Part shown: positions 38,520-51,790 of the stretch, piece after piece
Numbering within the stretch: the stretch's first letter is position 1
How the letters are laid out: the number at the start of each line of letters is the position of its first letter
Assembly: GCF_006345805.1 (NCBI RefSeq)
Contig: NC_043011.1
Coordinates: 43,164,464 to 43,228,463, forward strand
Source of the DNA: Octopus sinensis
Lineage: Eukaryota
Reading direction: 5' to 3'
DNA: 64,000 nt
Translations under genes and position numbers: made by a program
Notes under the pieces: model-generated
Seen by the model: the letters and a program-made list of their open reading frames with translations, nothing else
What the model was told of the DNA's origin: nothing
The model's database searches: none

Positions 38520-38780
38520 TATACACACATATATGCATTTATTATATGTCTACATATACATAGACATTTATATACATGCATATACATATATGTATGTATA
38601 TATATATATATATATAGGTGTATATAGGTATATATATATAGATATATATATATGTATATGTATATATATGTGTGTATATACATATATGTGCGTGTGTGTG
38701 TGTGTCTGTGTAGTTATTTATTACATATCTAAGATGATAAATATGTATATACACACGCACAAGCACACACACAGAAACAT

Positions 38781-38831
<51 letters not shown>

Positions 38832-39096
38832 TGTATACACACATATATGCATTTATTATATGTCTACATATACATAGACATTTATATACATGCATATACA
38901 TATATGTATGTATATATATATATATATATATAGGTGTATATAGGTATATATATATAGATATATATATATGTATATGTATATATATGTGTGTATATACATA
39001 TATGTGCGTGTGTGTGTGTGTCTGTGTAGTTATTTATTACATATCTAAGATGATAAATATGTATATACACACGCACAAGCACACACACAGAAACAT

Positions 39097-39110
<14 letters not shown>
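38520..39110. repeat. 314-bp tandem duplication of a compound microsatellite block
   Basis: GCATTTATTATATGTCTAC at 38535 and 38849; CATATCTAAGATGATAAATATG also duplicated. Confidence 0.9.
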
Positions 39111-39139
<29 letters not shown>

Positions 39140-39498
39140 ATGCATATGTGTGTATGTAAGTGCGTATGTATACGTATGTTTCTATATATCTATGTATTTA
39201 TGTATGCCAGTACAATTATCATGGTTAAGAAAATTATATTTAACACGGTAAATCAGGTAGACATTGTGTAAGTATTGCCACAATGGTTCACGGAACGTTC
39301 TGGAATTCATGTAGACAATGCACCAAACTTATTACTGAGTAAATTGCAAGGAGTTCTTGCACAACAACAATTGTTACTGGCAACTATTGGTTTTTACGCA
39401 GTCGTTTTCTAACTTAAAATTTCTATAGGACTATTCTTTAAGGTGTGATTATATCCCACACAGTTACATACACACACGTACACACTTCGGCATGCATG

Positions 39499-39573
<75 letters not shown>

Positions 39574-39602
39574 ATTTTCAGATGTATAACTACCAATAGA
39601 CT

Positions 39603-39613
39603 TTATCTATCTA

Positions 39614-39653
<40 letters not shown>

Positions 39654-39780
39654 TCTATCATTCTATCTATCTATCTATCTATCTGCCTATCTATCTATCT
39701 ATCCAGCTACCTATCTATCGGACTGTTCGTCAGTCTGTCTGTTTGTCTGCCCGTCTGCCTGTCTGTCTGACTGCTTGTCA
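39603..39780. repeat. (TCTA)n/(TCTG)n compound microsatellite
   Basis: Direct reading. Confidence 0.9.
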
Positions 39781-39854
39781 TTAAAAGAACAAGTGTGTAT
39801 ATACGTATACATATATAGATATAGAAATACATATCCATACAAATATATATATAC

Positions 39855-39890
<36 letters not shown>

Positions 39891-40031
39891 CTATACATGC
39901 ATATATATATATGTATGTCAGTCTGTGTGTGTATGTGTGTGTACATATATGTACACATATATACATACACGTACACAGATACACGTGTATATTGATTTAC
40001 ATTATTTGAAAAACACATTGCTAATACTCTG

Positions 40032-40255
40032 TTGTGTCTGGGGAGAGTCATTTTCTTTTTGTGCTTTATAATTTAACACACTCACCGGTCAAATTTCCAC
40101 TTATTTCTTATTTCTATTTTCCTAAAATTTTCGTTGCTTCTTGCAACCATTTCAATAAGAAATAAGTGGAAATTTTACCGGAGAGTGTATTAAATTATAA
40201 TTTTACCGGTGAGTGTGTATAAATTATATAAGAAAATGACTCTCCCCAGACACAA
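40032..40255. mobile_element. Foldback element with a degenerate hammerhead-like centre
   Basis: Arms TTGTGTCTGGGAGAGTCATTTTCTT / AAGAAAATGACTCTCCCCAGACACAA and CACTCACCGGT(C)AAATTTCCACTTATTTCTT / AAGAAATAAGTGGAAATTTTACCGG. Confidence 0.75.
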
Positions 40256-40350
40256 AAGAATATGCTTCAACACACGAACTCACATAAAGAATCTTGCAAA
40301 CCAAATCTAAAAACGAAACATTGCTAATATCTAACTTTTTGTTCTATTAC

Positions 40351-40575
40351 TGAGGCGGCGAGCTGGCAGAATCGTTAGCACGCTGGGCAAGATGCTTAGC
40401 CGTATTTCACCCGTCGCTACGTTCTGAGTTCAAATTTTACCGTGGTCGACTTTGCCTTTCATCCTTTCGGGATCGATATATTAAGTGCTTGTGAAACGCT
40501 GGAGATGATGTAATCGACTTAGCTCTTCTTACCAAATTTCTGGCCTCGAGCCTATAATAGAAAAGATTATTATTA
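40351..40575 (+). mobile_element. SINE family B monomer
   Basis: GGCGGCGAGCTGGCAGAATCGTTAGC...GAGTTCAAATT...ATAGAAAAGATTATT. Confidence 0.9.
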
Positions 40576-41658
40576 TTGTTGTTGTTGCTGTTGTTGTTTG
40601 TTTTTTTCGTTACTATATAAAGCTGGATAGAAACATACAGGTTAGATGCATTCGTAAATTGAGAGATAGGTAGATAAATTGATAAGTACACTCATATACG
40701 GAGGTATATATATATATATATATATATACAAATAAATATATATCTTTACACTCACAAATATACGTTTGCAACTATATATGTATATAACTGTGTGTGTGCA
40801 TATATATATATATATACACGCGCACACATATACTGATAAGGGATGAAACCCCAGATACGCTACTGTCCATGTTTAGTATTCCAAAACGGTTATGGTTAAC
40901 AACGTAAGCTTTCGGCCATATCCAATCAACGAATGTTATTAAAATACAATCGCTTCTAATGGTGTTATATTTGCCAGTTTGCCTTTTGTTGTTCCTATTG
41001 TGTAAAGCACTTTATCTGCCCGTTTATCTTATCTATTACGAAAAACCATGATAGGCTGAGAGATTTCCGGTATTTCTCGTGAATACAATAAGTAAATGAG
41101 AAGAATATAATAAACACTTGGTTAATTTGCAATGGACACCTACAGGCTTTTTTCTGTTCATGGACGATCGAAAAGAGTTTCAAGAGACCATATAGTAAGA
41201 CGCATGAAATTTTATGGTGTTCACAAGAATATACAATTCATGATAGATTCATACGTACCAAAGTATATATACACACTCACACACATTTGTGCGCTCTATT
41301 ACGCAGATATATGTATAATGTGTGTGTGGTGTACATTTATATATATGTGTATGTTGATATATATATATGTGGATTTTAATATAAATATGTATTGCAGTAT
41401 TTATAACAGGTTTAATTTCTATGCATTAATTTGTACTGTCTTCATTAACGGCAATTTCCTCGGTTTTTTCCTCGGATTTTATAATTTTTATAATTTTTAT
41501 AAGTTTTTTTATATATATATACATATATTTTTGACCTTTTTGTTTATCGCTCGAAGATTGACCGTTTTTTCTAAAGGGCCAATCAAACAAGTCCATTTCT
41601 TTTTAAAGGTGTAGCGTTTGTAAGAGTATAGATTGAATTAATATATATGTTCCATTCT

Positions 41659-41712
41659 AGCAAAAACTGTCTGATGAACGGCAACGAGAAACTCAGAGTA
41701 ACAGATTTTGTT
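41659..41712 (+). ncRNA. Minimal type I hammerhead ribozyme motif
   Basis: AGCAAAAACUGU-CUGAUGA-ACG-GCAA-CGA-GAAACUC-A-GAGU-A-ACAGAUUUUGUU; intact core, 11-bp stem I with one A.A mismatch, GNRA-capped stem II, palindromic stem III, GUA site. Confidence 0.8.
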
Positions 41713-41763
41713 GAATTTTCTGCCGCTTAAAATAAAGTATATATATATATATATATATGTATA

Positions 41764-41799
<36 letters not shown>

Positions 41800-42166
41800 A
41801 TATATCAAACGTGTGTGTACGTCTGTATATATATATAAGTACGTATCCTTTCTCTTGCTTTCTCTTTCTCTCTCTCTGTATCTCTCTCTCTCTCTTCTAT
41901 CTCAATCATTATCTTCCTTGCTTTTTATATACGCATGCATACACTCATACATATACGGAGTAAGACATGCGCATCTACACGGAAGTATGTTAACACGATA
42001 CAACATACTCTCACACACACGCGCACATCTACCCATCCACTCGACCTTATTCCCATAGATACAAATATAGATATACTACGTCGAAAATATTGGTCGATTG
42101 AATAATGAGAATAAAATAACCATATGTGGTTACCAATGTTATCCCTGCACGCATACTCACACATCC

Positions 42167-42230
<64 letters not shown>

Positions 42231-42820
42231 GATATGATTATACGATCTGGGGATGCATGTGTATTAAGTTTGTAAGCTTCAAGCAGGAATAGAGAACGAA
42301 AAATGTACAATGTAATAATAAGCTACAATAACAATTTATTGGCGGCGAGAGTTACAGACATTTTTCCTATATCGAAGTTACGAGGAAGTTCGATGAGCTG
42401 ATAGTTTCTATATAGCTTACAGTTAGCATCTAAAGCTGCTAAAACGCGAATAAAAAATCGAAATTGAGCGAGCGGATCAGATAAAATGGACGCTACGTAT
42501 GTTTCTTAGCTAGTTTGAATCTAGTGACGCAATGAGCATAGCTCTTTTTCAACAAATGCCACACGAGTTTCAGCCACCTACGAAAGATATGCAGCGTGCA
42601 TTTCACCTGTTCCACTCCCCATATAAATGTGTATGTATGTGTGTGTATCTGTGTGTGTTTTATAAAAATATGTGTCTGCATTTTATGTAACTGTGTATAT
42701 ATATATTTGGTGTGGGACAATTATGAAAATAACAAATGCACACATATACAAGCACGCGCACATGTGTGTGAGTGTGTGTCTTTGTGTGTGTGGAGTGCAC
42801 CCGTCCATTTGTTTCTATAT

Positions 42821-42980
42821 TTGTTCCACACTGCTTGAAAAGCAGTGTTGGTCTAATTACGCCCCTGTAAGTTAGCGGTTCGGTAAAAAAAACCGATAGA
42901 ATAAATATCAGCATTAAAGTCGATTTGTTGGTCCAAAATTCCTCAACGCGGTGCTGCCTCAGTATCCCAGCAGTCTAATA
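42821..42980 (+). mobile_element. SINE family A, diverged 3' half
   Basis: GTAAGTTAGCGGTTCGGTAAAAAAAACCGATAGAATAA...GCGGTGCT. Confidence 0.7.
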
Positions 42981-43519
42981 AGAAAAAAGAAAAAAGTATG
43001 TATATGCGTGTGTTTCTGTTTGTGAATGTGTGTGTGTTTGTGTGTGTCTCTGTGTGTATGTGTTTGCGTACTTTTGTTGAGCCCGGTATGGTATGTATTA
43101 ATGTAAATTAATATCTATGTACAGACGTATACAGACAGTTACATAAAATGTAACATAAAATGCTGACACATAGTTTTATAAAACACACACACATATTTTT
43201 CCTCCCACGCAAACAACAACATTAAGTCATATACTCAGCAAACAAATAAATACATATTTGAAGAGCGACTGATGTGAATATCAACCGAGCATCTGTACAA
43301 GTAGATACATGCATGTGAAAGATGTTTTGATGAAGAACCGGTTGCTCATATATGCCAGTCTTCTCTCGCCACGTTACAATTGTTTATGTGAAGGCAATGC
43401 AGCTGGCTCGAGTCATTGCAGTTTCACAATAGTCTAGTTGCAGACATTGCTCTCAGAATACGAGCCAGAACAAGTATATTTCTCAGACCCTGAAACAATT
43501 CCCCAAATTCACGGCACTG

Positions 43520-43590
43520 CTTTAGTACTTTTTTTTATCGACCCCGAGATGATAAAAGAGAAAGGGATATCTCGGTGGGATTGGAACCCT
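43520..43590 (-). mobile_element. SINE family B fragment
   Basis: AGTACTTTTTTTTATCGACCCCGAGATGATAAAAG. Confidence 0.5.
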
Positions 43591-43714
43591 GGTTGAAAAT
43601 TAATCTGTCCAACATTGTAACGAGTCCCCCAATTAAACCCCTAAGGCAAACACTTATTGGTGAGGAGACAGATAGATAAATAGATAGATACATACATAGA
43701 TATATAGAAAAGTA

Positions 43715-43795
43715 TGTATGCATGTATGTATGTATGTATGTATGTATGTATGTATGTATGTATGTATGTATGTATGTATGTATGCATGTATGTAT
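43715..43795. repeat. (TATG)n microsatellite
   Basis: Direct reading. Confidence 0.95.
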
Positions 43796-43950
43796 GTGGT
43801 CCAGAGCGGAGGTGCAATCTTTGTGCGTGTCTTTTCAGAACATTGTCTGGTTTAAAAAGCCATATTAGATGCCATGATGGTGCTAAGGTGTAGGTACCAT
43901 CAGAGGTGGTGAAACTCCGCATAAGGAGTAGACAACCACCAACCACCATG
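43795..43950 (+). mobile_element. 3' end of an RTE-like LINE (terminal C2H2 finger, stop, short UTR)
   Basis: Translation CNLCACLFRTLSGLKSHIRCHDGAKV* (C-x2-C-x12-H-x3-H), TAG at 43891-43893, about 55-nt UTR, (TATG)n on both sides. Confidence 0.6.
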
Positions 43951-44017
43951 TATGTATGTATAATAAGAATTGTTTCAAATCTTGGCACATGGCTCTCAGT
44001 TTTGGCTAGAGGGTTAC

Positions 44018-44118
44018 AGTCTTTTACATCGAACCCAAAGGGTGAAAACAAACGTCGACTCGGTGTGATTTGAACACACTTTGTCAGACACGCTAACGAT
44101 TCTGTCAGCTCGCCACCT
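44018..44118 (-). mobile_element. SINE family B, degenerate 5' part
   Basis: CACGCTAACGATTCTGTCAGCTCGCCACC. Confidence 0.65.
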
Positions 44119-44184
44119 TCCATCTGTATATAATGGATAGGTAGACGGAGAGACAAAGAGACAGCTAGGCAAACATTCAGCCAG

Positions 44185-44477
44185 GCTGCATGACTGAGAG
44201 AGAGGGGGGTAGGGGGAGAGGTAGAGGGAGTGGGGTAAAGGAAGGGGGAGAGGTAGAGGGAGGGGAGGGTGGAGAGGGGGAAAGAGGGGCGGAGACGAGC
44301 GAGAGGGAGGGGTGGAGAGAGATGGAGGGAGGGGTGGAGAGAGATGGAGGGAGAGATGGAGAGAGCGGAAGGGGGTTGGAGAGAGAAAGAGGGGGAGGGA
44401 TGCTGGAGTGAGAGAGGGAGGGACAGAGAGAGAGAAAGAGAGACAGACAGACAGACAAATATATATATATATATATA

Positions 44478-44545
<68 letters not shown>
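44185..44545. repeat. G/A-rich polypurine tract followed by (GATA)n
   Basis: Direct reading. Confidence 0.9.
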
Positions 44546-46199
44546 AACGATGATACGCTTGGCAATAAAATCATGTTATCTGTATTGAAATGAGTATATA
44601 TACATAATTCATATGTTTTACGAGCATAAAGATTGTTTCTGTAAATTAATCGTTTATAAAAGTATATACGCGTCTGATAGTATCGTATAAATGACTGTCA
44701 TAGACGCTTAATTCATACTTGTAGTAGACACAGATTATGTATATATATATATATATATATATATTATTTTCAATATACATAATTTTTTTTCAAATGTTTC
44801 TTTTTTAAGCTATATTGATTTATACATCAGTTTTATCGCTGCACACTCGATCACTTCATTTTTATTGAATATTCTGCTATCCTGTTAACAGATATATATT
44901 TTATCGTTAGAATTTCTCGAACAATGCCGGAAAAGATTTATATGATGAGTTCTAGAAAAGTCATGCAGATTTACATTCTTCCGCTTACAGATTCTATTAA
45001 CTAAATGCTTGTTAATTAATTGTCATCTTGCTATTCATGGATTTATCAGATTTCCACATAAGCATTTAGCATTATAAACCAAATGTATCAGCCATTATGA
45101 ATATAAATGTAAATCTGTAAACTGCATAGAAAATGAGCTCTATATATAGATATTCGCTTTTGATTTATTAAGAAACATTTTCTCAGACAATCTCATATTG
45201 ACTTGCATCTATTACAGTTTATAACTTTTCTTTACCTCTTCAAATAGTTATATAATATCTTGTATTGGCTGAGTTATTTACCCATGAACATTCTTTCCTA
45301 CGAGTGCTTTAGCAACTACGTATGTCAAGTCGAATTCGACCATCCATCATTAATCATATTATATTTTGGGGTAGCTATTGTACAAACTGTACATGTATAT
45401 AGTAAACTTCCACCGAAATCCGGCATAACGTTTTCCGGTCCATTTTGAGGGTTTAAAGTGTATTATTTTCAGTTGTTCCATGGCTATTTTGTAGAGAACC
45501 AGGTCCATAGCCATTCTACTATACTTGAAATATGTGGCCCTTTCGTTAGTATTAATGGAGATTCATATTTTGATATTTGTAAGATTATAAAATGTATACT
45601 TATACAATTAAAACAGCTCATTACCAGTTGGATTTTTTTGGTAAGAAAATTAATAAACAGCACCTTATCTATTTTCAAAAGTTAGGTGAAGTGCGTTCCG
45701 CGGGTATTTTTTTATTTTCTGTTTTTCTTTTTCTTTCTTTTTACTTTTGAACACGGATCATTGCCGAAACCTCTCCATTCTGGCAAGGCTTTAAAAATAG
45801 GCTTCAGCTTGTATAAATCCTGAAATGCCTCTTCTTTATCTTAAATGGTGATACAAGAATATGTGCCACTAATGACTGGGCTTCTTCCTTTTTAAAAGCT
45901 GTTTACTGTAGCTATATTTTCTGGTGGCGCAATTTAATTCTAAGTTCAGTCAATGACAAACTAGATTTCAGATTAGATAAATTTTCTAAAGTAACAGACC
46001 AAATTGCATGACAGAGGTGATTATAATATGTATACAGCTTCAACATTTCTTCACTCATTTCATCGAACTAATTTTTAAAAATCTTGATCAAAGAATTGCT
46101 TCACCATCGGTCATCAATCTCGCCATTCCTATTAAAATTCCATCCTGTAAATGAATATTAGTCATGCACATTCGTGTTGGTCTTTTAGTTTCAGTGACA

Positions 46200-47560
46200 G
46201 AAAGAAAGTTTTGATGAAATAATATTTCTTCAGCTTTTACTGTCGTTTTTTAAAAAGACTTTCCTTCATCTTGATTATTTTAATTTTCTGTATGAAAAGC
46301 TAAATATATTTCTATGGTTACAATAAGTCTAGCCTCCCTTGATTAGTATAGCTTATCTGTAGAGATAGTGAAGCCTAGAATTCTAACGGGAATTCTTTCA
46401 AATTTGAGCTTAATGTGAGATTAGGTAAACAACTAGCTTTTAGCTCCAGCAACTGTTACCGTTCACAGTGTTGTTGCTAGCACTCATTAAAGCTATGCCT
46501 ATTCCATCGTATTCAGTTTAGATGATCTGGGTTACCACAAGGTGCACTCATCGATTTGATTTTGAAAACACTTTAAATTCTTTACTTTGCATATTACAGG
46601 AAATCTGTTTCTATTTTCATTGAGCGGGCAACCATTACAACTATTTGAAATACGTGAAATATGTGACATATCCAAAAGCCACCCTCTTTTTCACAACTAA
46701 TAAGATTAGAAATATTCTCAGCATACCCTTTGTCTCTACTTTAGTAATATGTAAAACCTAGAAATTAATTGTCTTGGTATCCACTATACCACTGTTGTTA
46801 ATCATGTGTTGTAAATTTTCAGTTACCTGATTTTGAATTACCGGAGAATAGTATGATGCGATTTGGGAATTCCGAGATAAATTTCAACAAAAGTTTGCTC
46901 TTTATTTTGTGACATTTTATTTCATTATATTTTATTTTATTCAGACAATACGAAAAGATATTCTCAAAGAGTTACTGCTCTTCATTTTTTCTTAAATATC
47001 ACCATAAATTTCCCGAAATGTCAATCTATTCAATATTCAAAGCTGTACTACTTCAACAATTTTCAACAATTGATGTAAGATAGTATACGTTTCTATGAAG
47101 GGCAGTTTCTTTTTCATTTTAATGCTGATATATGCAGAATAGAAACATCTGATTCCCATATTCTCTCCTCTCAGACATAACTGATATATGACTTGAGCTG
47201 TCTTTATGCTGTGAAAACCTTTGTTTGATAAAGATTTTGCCTCTTTTCAATCATGATAACCATTTAATGTATAAACTGCTTTCTCTCCTAGATTCAACAG
47301 TACAATTCATTCCTGCATGAAAAACAAAAAGCAACAACACTAATAACTTAATATTGAAACCCTTTTGTGAAAAATCAGACAATTATGTTTTAAATGATCG
47401 TCTATTATATTGCTTTGGAAATGGAGAAACGAGCAACTGCATAATTTTTATTAAGATCAGCGGCTCTGAGGAAGACATATTAGGTAGTATTATTGTAAGT
47501 TGCGCATTTGTTAGTGTTCTGATCATCTCAATGCACAGCAGTACTTGAATTAGAATTATC
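46200..47560 (-). mobile_element. Decayed, internally deleted hAT transposase (ZMYM1-like type)
   Basis: Collinear degenerate motifs on minus: CCCFLF and NGYHD*KE...QHKDSSSH (TTF-finger-like), IVEVVQL..LTFR, ASYYSPVIQNQ (cf. KYTSPxIQNE), SRDKGYAEN (cf. GQGYD), TVTVAGAKS..KLK (cf. hATC PVTVASAERSFSKLK). Confidence 0.6.
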
Positions 47561-49555
47561 TTCCATTATTTCAGTTACAAATTTATCGATTATCTAAAAT
47601 GAAAGAAAAGACATTATCAGAAGGAACGCGTCAGTGTTATTGTTAGCTTTTGTTTAATAAATGATTAAATTTATATAAATAAATACCTTTAAATCGTAAT
47701 ATTGTTTTACTGAATTTAGCTCTTCACAATTAAATCTGCTCACAAAAAAAGACAGAATACAATGAAAATTACAAAAATAAAGCGTGCGCAATTGTGTACA
47801 ATTGTCTTCTTTCTTGAGAGACATAAAGTAAATGACTATACTTTGTGTGTATGTGTGTGTGTTTGTGTGTGTGTGTCTGTTTGCATGTGTGTGTGCCTCT
47901 GTGTGTGTGTGTGTGTGTGTGTGTGATGTGTGTTTTCTTCCAAAATTTTAATGTGTGTTCGTCTCATTTTGTGCTGTTATATATTTATATTATAGAATAT
48001 ATACTTTATGAATAATATACGTGAATTGTCTTTATTTGTTTTTAATATCAAATAACGAAATAATATGCAAACACGTATTGAAATACATTCACCATAGTTG
48101 ACAGTAGAATAGTTATTTATCTTTGATAAAAAGTGAAACATTACACATATTACATTATTATCACTGTATGCATAACCAAAGTTTGTGTGCATAACATATT
48201 GCCTGTATACAGATAATAACACATGAACAATCATTTTAATTCAATAAACCAGCTAAACTTTGCTCTTTTAATGTCTACAAATTTCTTTGTATATATAGCG
48301 GGGTATCAGTCACAATTTCAAATTATTCAATATTTTCTGTTTTGGTTCCATTACTGAGAGAGTTATAAATTTTGAAATGCTTAGTGTAAAGGTAAAAAAA
48401 GTATCATTACCGGCCCAGTAATAAAACGCCCAACCAGTGAAATAATTTCTCTTTATATTTAAGCATTTAATAGGTGTGTTTGGTTCTTTAGATGCTTTAT
48501 GATTTTTGAAGCTTGTCTAGAGCGATCTTAAGCCTCTTCTCTATTGGTTTTCTTCTACTACAGAAGCTCTCATTACACTATTTCTATCGATGTAACCGCA
48601 TAAGGTCAGGATGCTGCTATTTTGCAATATATATGAAATATATATTACAAAACAGCGAGACCACGACATCATGCAATGTATATGAAATATATATTACAAT
48701 TCTGCAAGATCCTGCCAACAAAATATCAATATATGCTGCTTCTTTCGTTACCCAATTAACGGTATCACTTCTGGCAATTCATATGCACTGAGAAGATTGT
48801 GTTTTTACAAGCGGGAAGTACCGACTGTCATTTAATATTAAGTGTGCGGCAATATTCTCAGATTGCGATATCGTCATACGATGCCTATTTTTCCCCACAT
48901 AGGTTTCGGATGTATGGTTGTATGGAGAAGGAAAGATAAAGGCAAACTCTTGTATTTATTTATAAATTTGTGTATAAGTTTGATGCATGTATTTATATGT
49001 GTATGCATGCATGCATGCATGAATGTAAGTGTGTGTGTTTGTGTGTTTGTGTGTGTGTGGTGGGAGTGAGTATACCTTTATATGTAAAAACAGGTGGCGA
49101 AATTCTCAATTCCTACACTGGAGTTCGTAATCATGTTGTTCCGGATTCCTTTTCAATATTTTTTCATCTCCTAATATATCTCTCATTTCCCTTCATCTTC
49201 AACTACCCGCCGCATCTTCCCTAACTCACACGTTTCGTGTCTTCCACTTCTCTCCCCCTTTTCTTACTCCACATTTTCTTCTCTTACGTCCTCTTACTGC
49301 TCACCACTCGCACACATCTCACTTCTCCCTCTCTCTGATTGGTCCCTCTCACTAATTCCCTCCTCCCCCACCCTCCCTCTCCCCCTTCAAGCCACCTCAT
49401 CACCTCTCGTTTCATTCTTTCCTTTCTTCTTCTTCACAAGTACACTACGTACATCTATTTCATAATTACAGCGATATCAAAAGAATGTTTAAAGAAACAG
49501 TAATTGAATAAATTAATGAATAAATAAATAAATAAATAAATAAATACACGGGGCA

Positions 49556-49592
<37 letters not shown>

Positions 49593-49679
49593 CAAAACAA
49601 ATACATAACGATTGCTATCATTATAAACTTTTCGTTTTTATGAAGAGAAAATAAATCATAATGAATGGGTGAATGTTTG

Positions 49680-50050
49680 GTGCGGTGTGAGGTGGGATGG
49701 AGTAAAATGTAAAGATACAAAGAGTTACGGGGAGATAGAGAAATAGATTTGAAAGAAGAAAGCTAATGAGAAGAAAGGTAGAGAGTTGGGGAGAAGTGAT
49801 TGAGGAAGCATTGAGATTTTGAAAAGAAGGTGGTGAGTTCGTTATTTCTGTTATAACCGGAGAATAATGGTTTACGAAGATGGGAGATAAATATTTCGGA
49901 AGGAAAATAAATATTTTGGTGGATGAGTTTTGAGGGATGGAAGGAAGGAGTTCGGGACATGCAGGGTGGTGAGAGAGAGAGAGAGTAAACGTGAGAAGCA
50001 GAGTTTCCTGGACTAAGGTGTTGGTGAAAATGGTTAGGGAGTTAGAGAGA
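49680..50050 (-). mobile_element. Decayed Penelope-like RT fragment
   Basis: SRTPSFHPSKLIHQN...RKPLFSGYN...ELTTFF resembles PRTPxFYxLPKIHK...RPIISxxNxPTE; flanked by pyrimidine-rich degenerate sequence. Confidence 0.45.
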
Positions 50051-50412
50051 AGAGATAAAGAGAGCCGCAGAGAAAAAGAGGAGAGAGATAGAGAGATGTG
50101 AGGAGACAGAAGTGTGAAAAATGTGGACGGAGAGTTGGAGACAAGAGAGGTAGGGAGATGAGGAGAGTTAGAGGGATCTGAGATAGTACAAAGAAATGAA
50201 AAATGATGTAGGGTTAGAGGGAAAAGCATGAGAGGGAGAGAGAGGATGTGTGGAGCAAGAAGTGTAAGAGTAGAGAGAATTCTAAAGAAACAGAACTGAA
50301 AGAACAATGAGAGGAAGGTTTGAGGGTTGAGAGCAGATATGGCTACATAGAAAGAAGAGTAGTTGGAAAGAATATAGAATCAAGTGAAGATAGGAATTGG
50401 TGACCAATGATA

Positions 50413-50630
<218 letters not shown>

Positions 50631-51203
50631 GACGCAGAGAGACAGAGAGACTGTGTTATGGAGAGAAGAAACTGTTTAAAGAAAGGAGATACGGAGTAAA
50701 AGAATAAGACAGAAGAGGTATTTTGTGAGATAAAACAAAGAAAACAATAGATACAGATAGAATGAGATTGTAACAAGGCGGGAAACAATAAGGCTGTATA
50801 CTGCAATCAATAGCAACATTAAAAATATATCATACAGAAGAACCATTTGTCTTTGCTCTTACAAAAGATTTCCATTCTACGATGAAAATATTTTCTTACA
50901 TCTCCTTCGGCAAATAAATAAATAAATAAATCGAAAATCAGAAGGAAGAAAAGTAACTCTACGATTACGACAACAACAATGACAAGAGAGCAATCCTTTG
51001 CTTTAATCCCCATCTCATTCCAAGGAAAACTTCTAAGGGTGACGGACTCTCCCCACCTTATCACACACACACACGCGTGTATGTATACTTATGCACATAA
51101 ACATTCATATATATTTGTATGTATATATATATATATGTATATATACATACAGATGTTTGTATATATGTGTGTTTATATATATATATATATATTATATATA
51201 TAT

Positions 51204-51235
<32 letters not shown>

Positions 51236-51639
51236 ATATATATATATATATGTATATATATATATGTATATATATATGTATCTGTATGGGTGTGCATTTA
51301 AAGCAATGATTAGTAAATTTACGAAACCGGTATGCTTTTAAATATCTTTAACAATTCACAATAATGACTTTTATTACTTTTATTCCAACCTCTGTTCATC
51401 GAATTCTATATATCTATCTTTACTTTTCATAAAAGGCCTTTACGTTTTTTGATTTCCAGCGTGCATTTTCGTTTAATTTTCTTCTGACTTTCCCCTATAT
51501 GTATCTATATATATATATATGTGTATGTGTGTGTGTGTGTGTGTGGTGTGTGTGTGTGTGTCCTTATATGTATCCGCTTATACATGCACTTATGTATATA
51601 CCTAAGTAACAACAGCAACAGCAACAATTATCTTGAGCA

Positions 51640-51790
51640 AAACTAGAAGACTACAGACTTAAATCGAAGGTGTTAGTCAATTAGATCAACTCCGATACCT
51701 AACTAGTACTCAGTTTTATCGAGCCCGGAACAATGAAAAGTAAATTTTGACCTGAGAGGTCAAATTAACTCAGAAGGTAAAGGGACGAGC
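51640..51790 (-). mobile_element. SINE family B, old copy
   Basis: TAGTCAATTAGATCAAC...TTTTATCGAGCCCGG...AACTCAGAAGGTAAAG. Confidence 0.55.

Noticed and set aside
40830-40935. Two partial hammerhead-like strings (CTGATAA-GGG..CCC; GGCC-GAAAGCTT on minus)
   Set aside because: Each lacks half of the core; too degenerate to call
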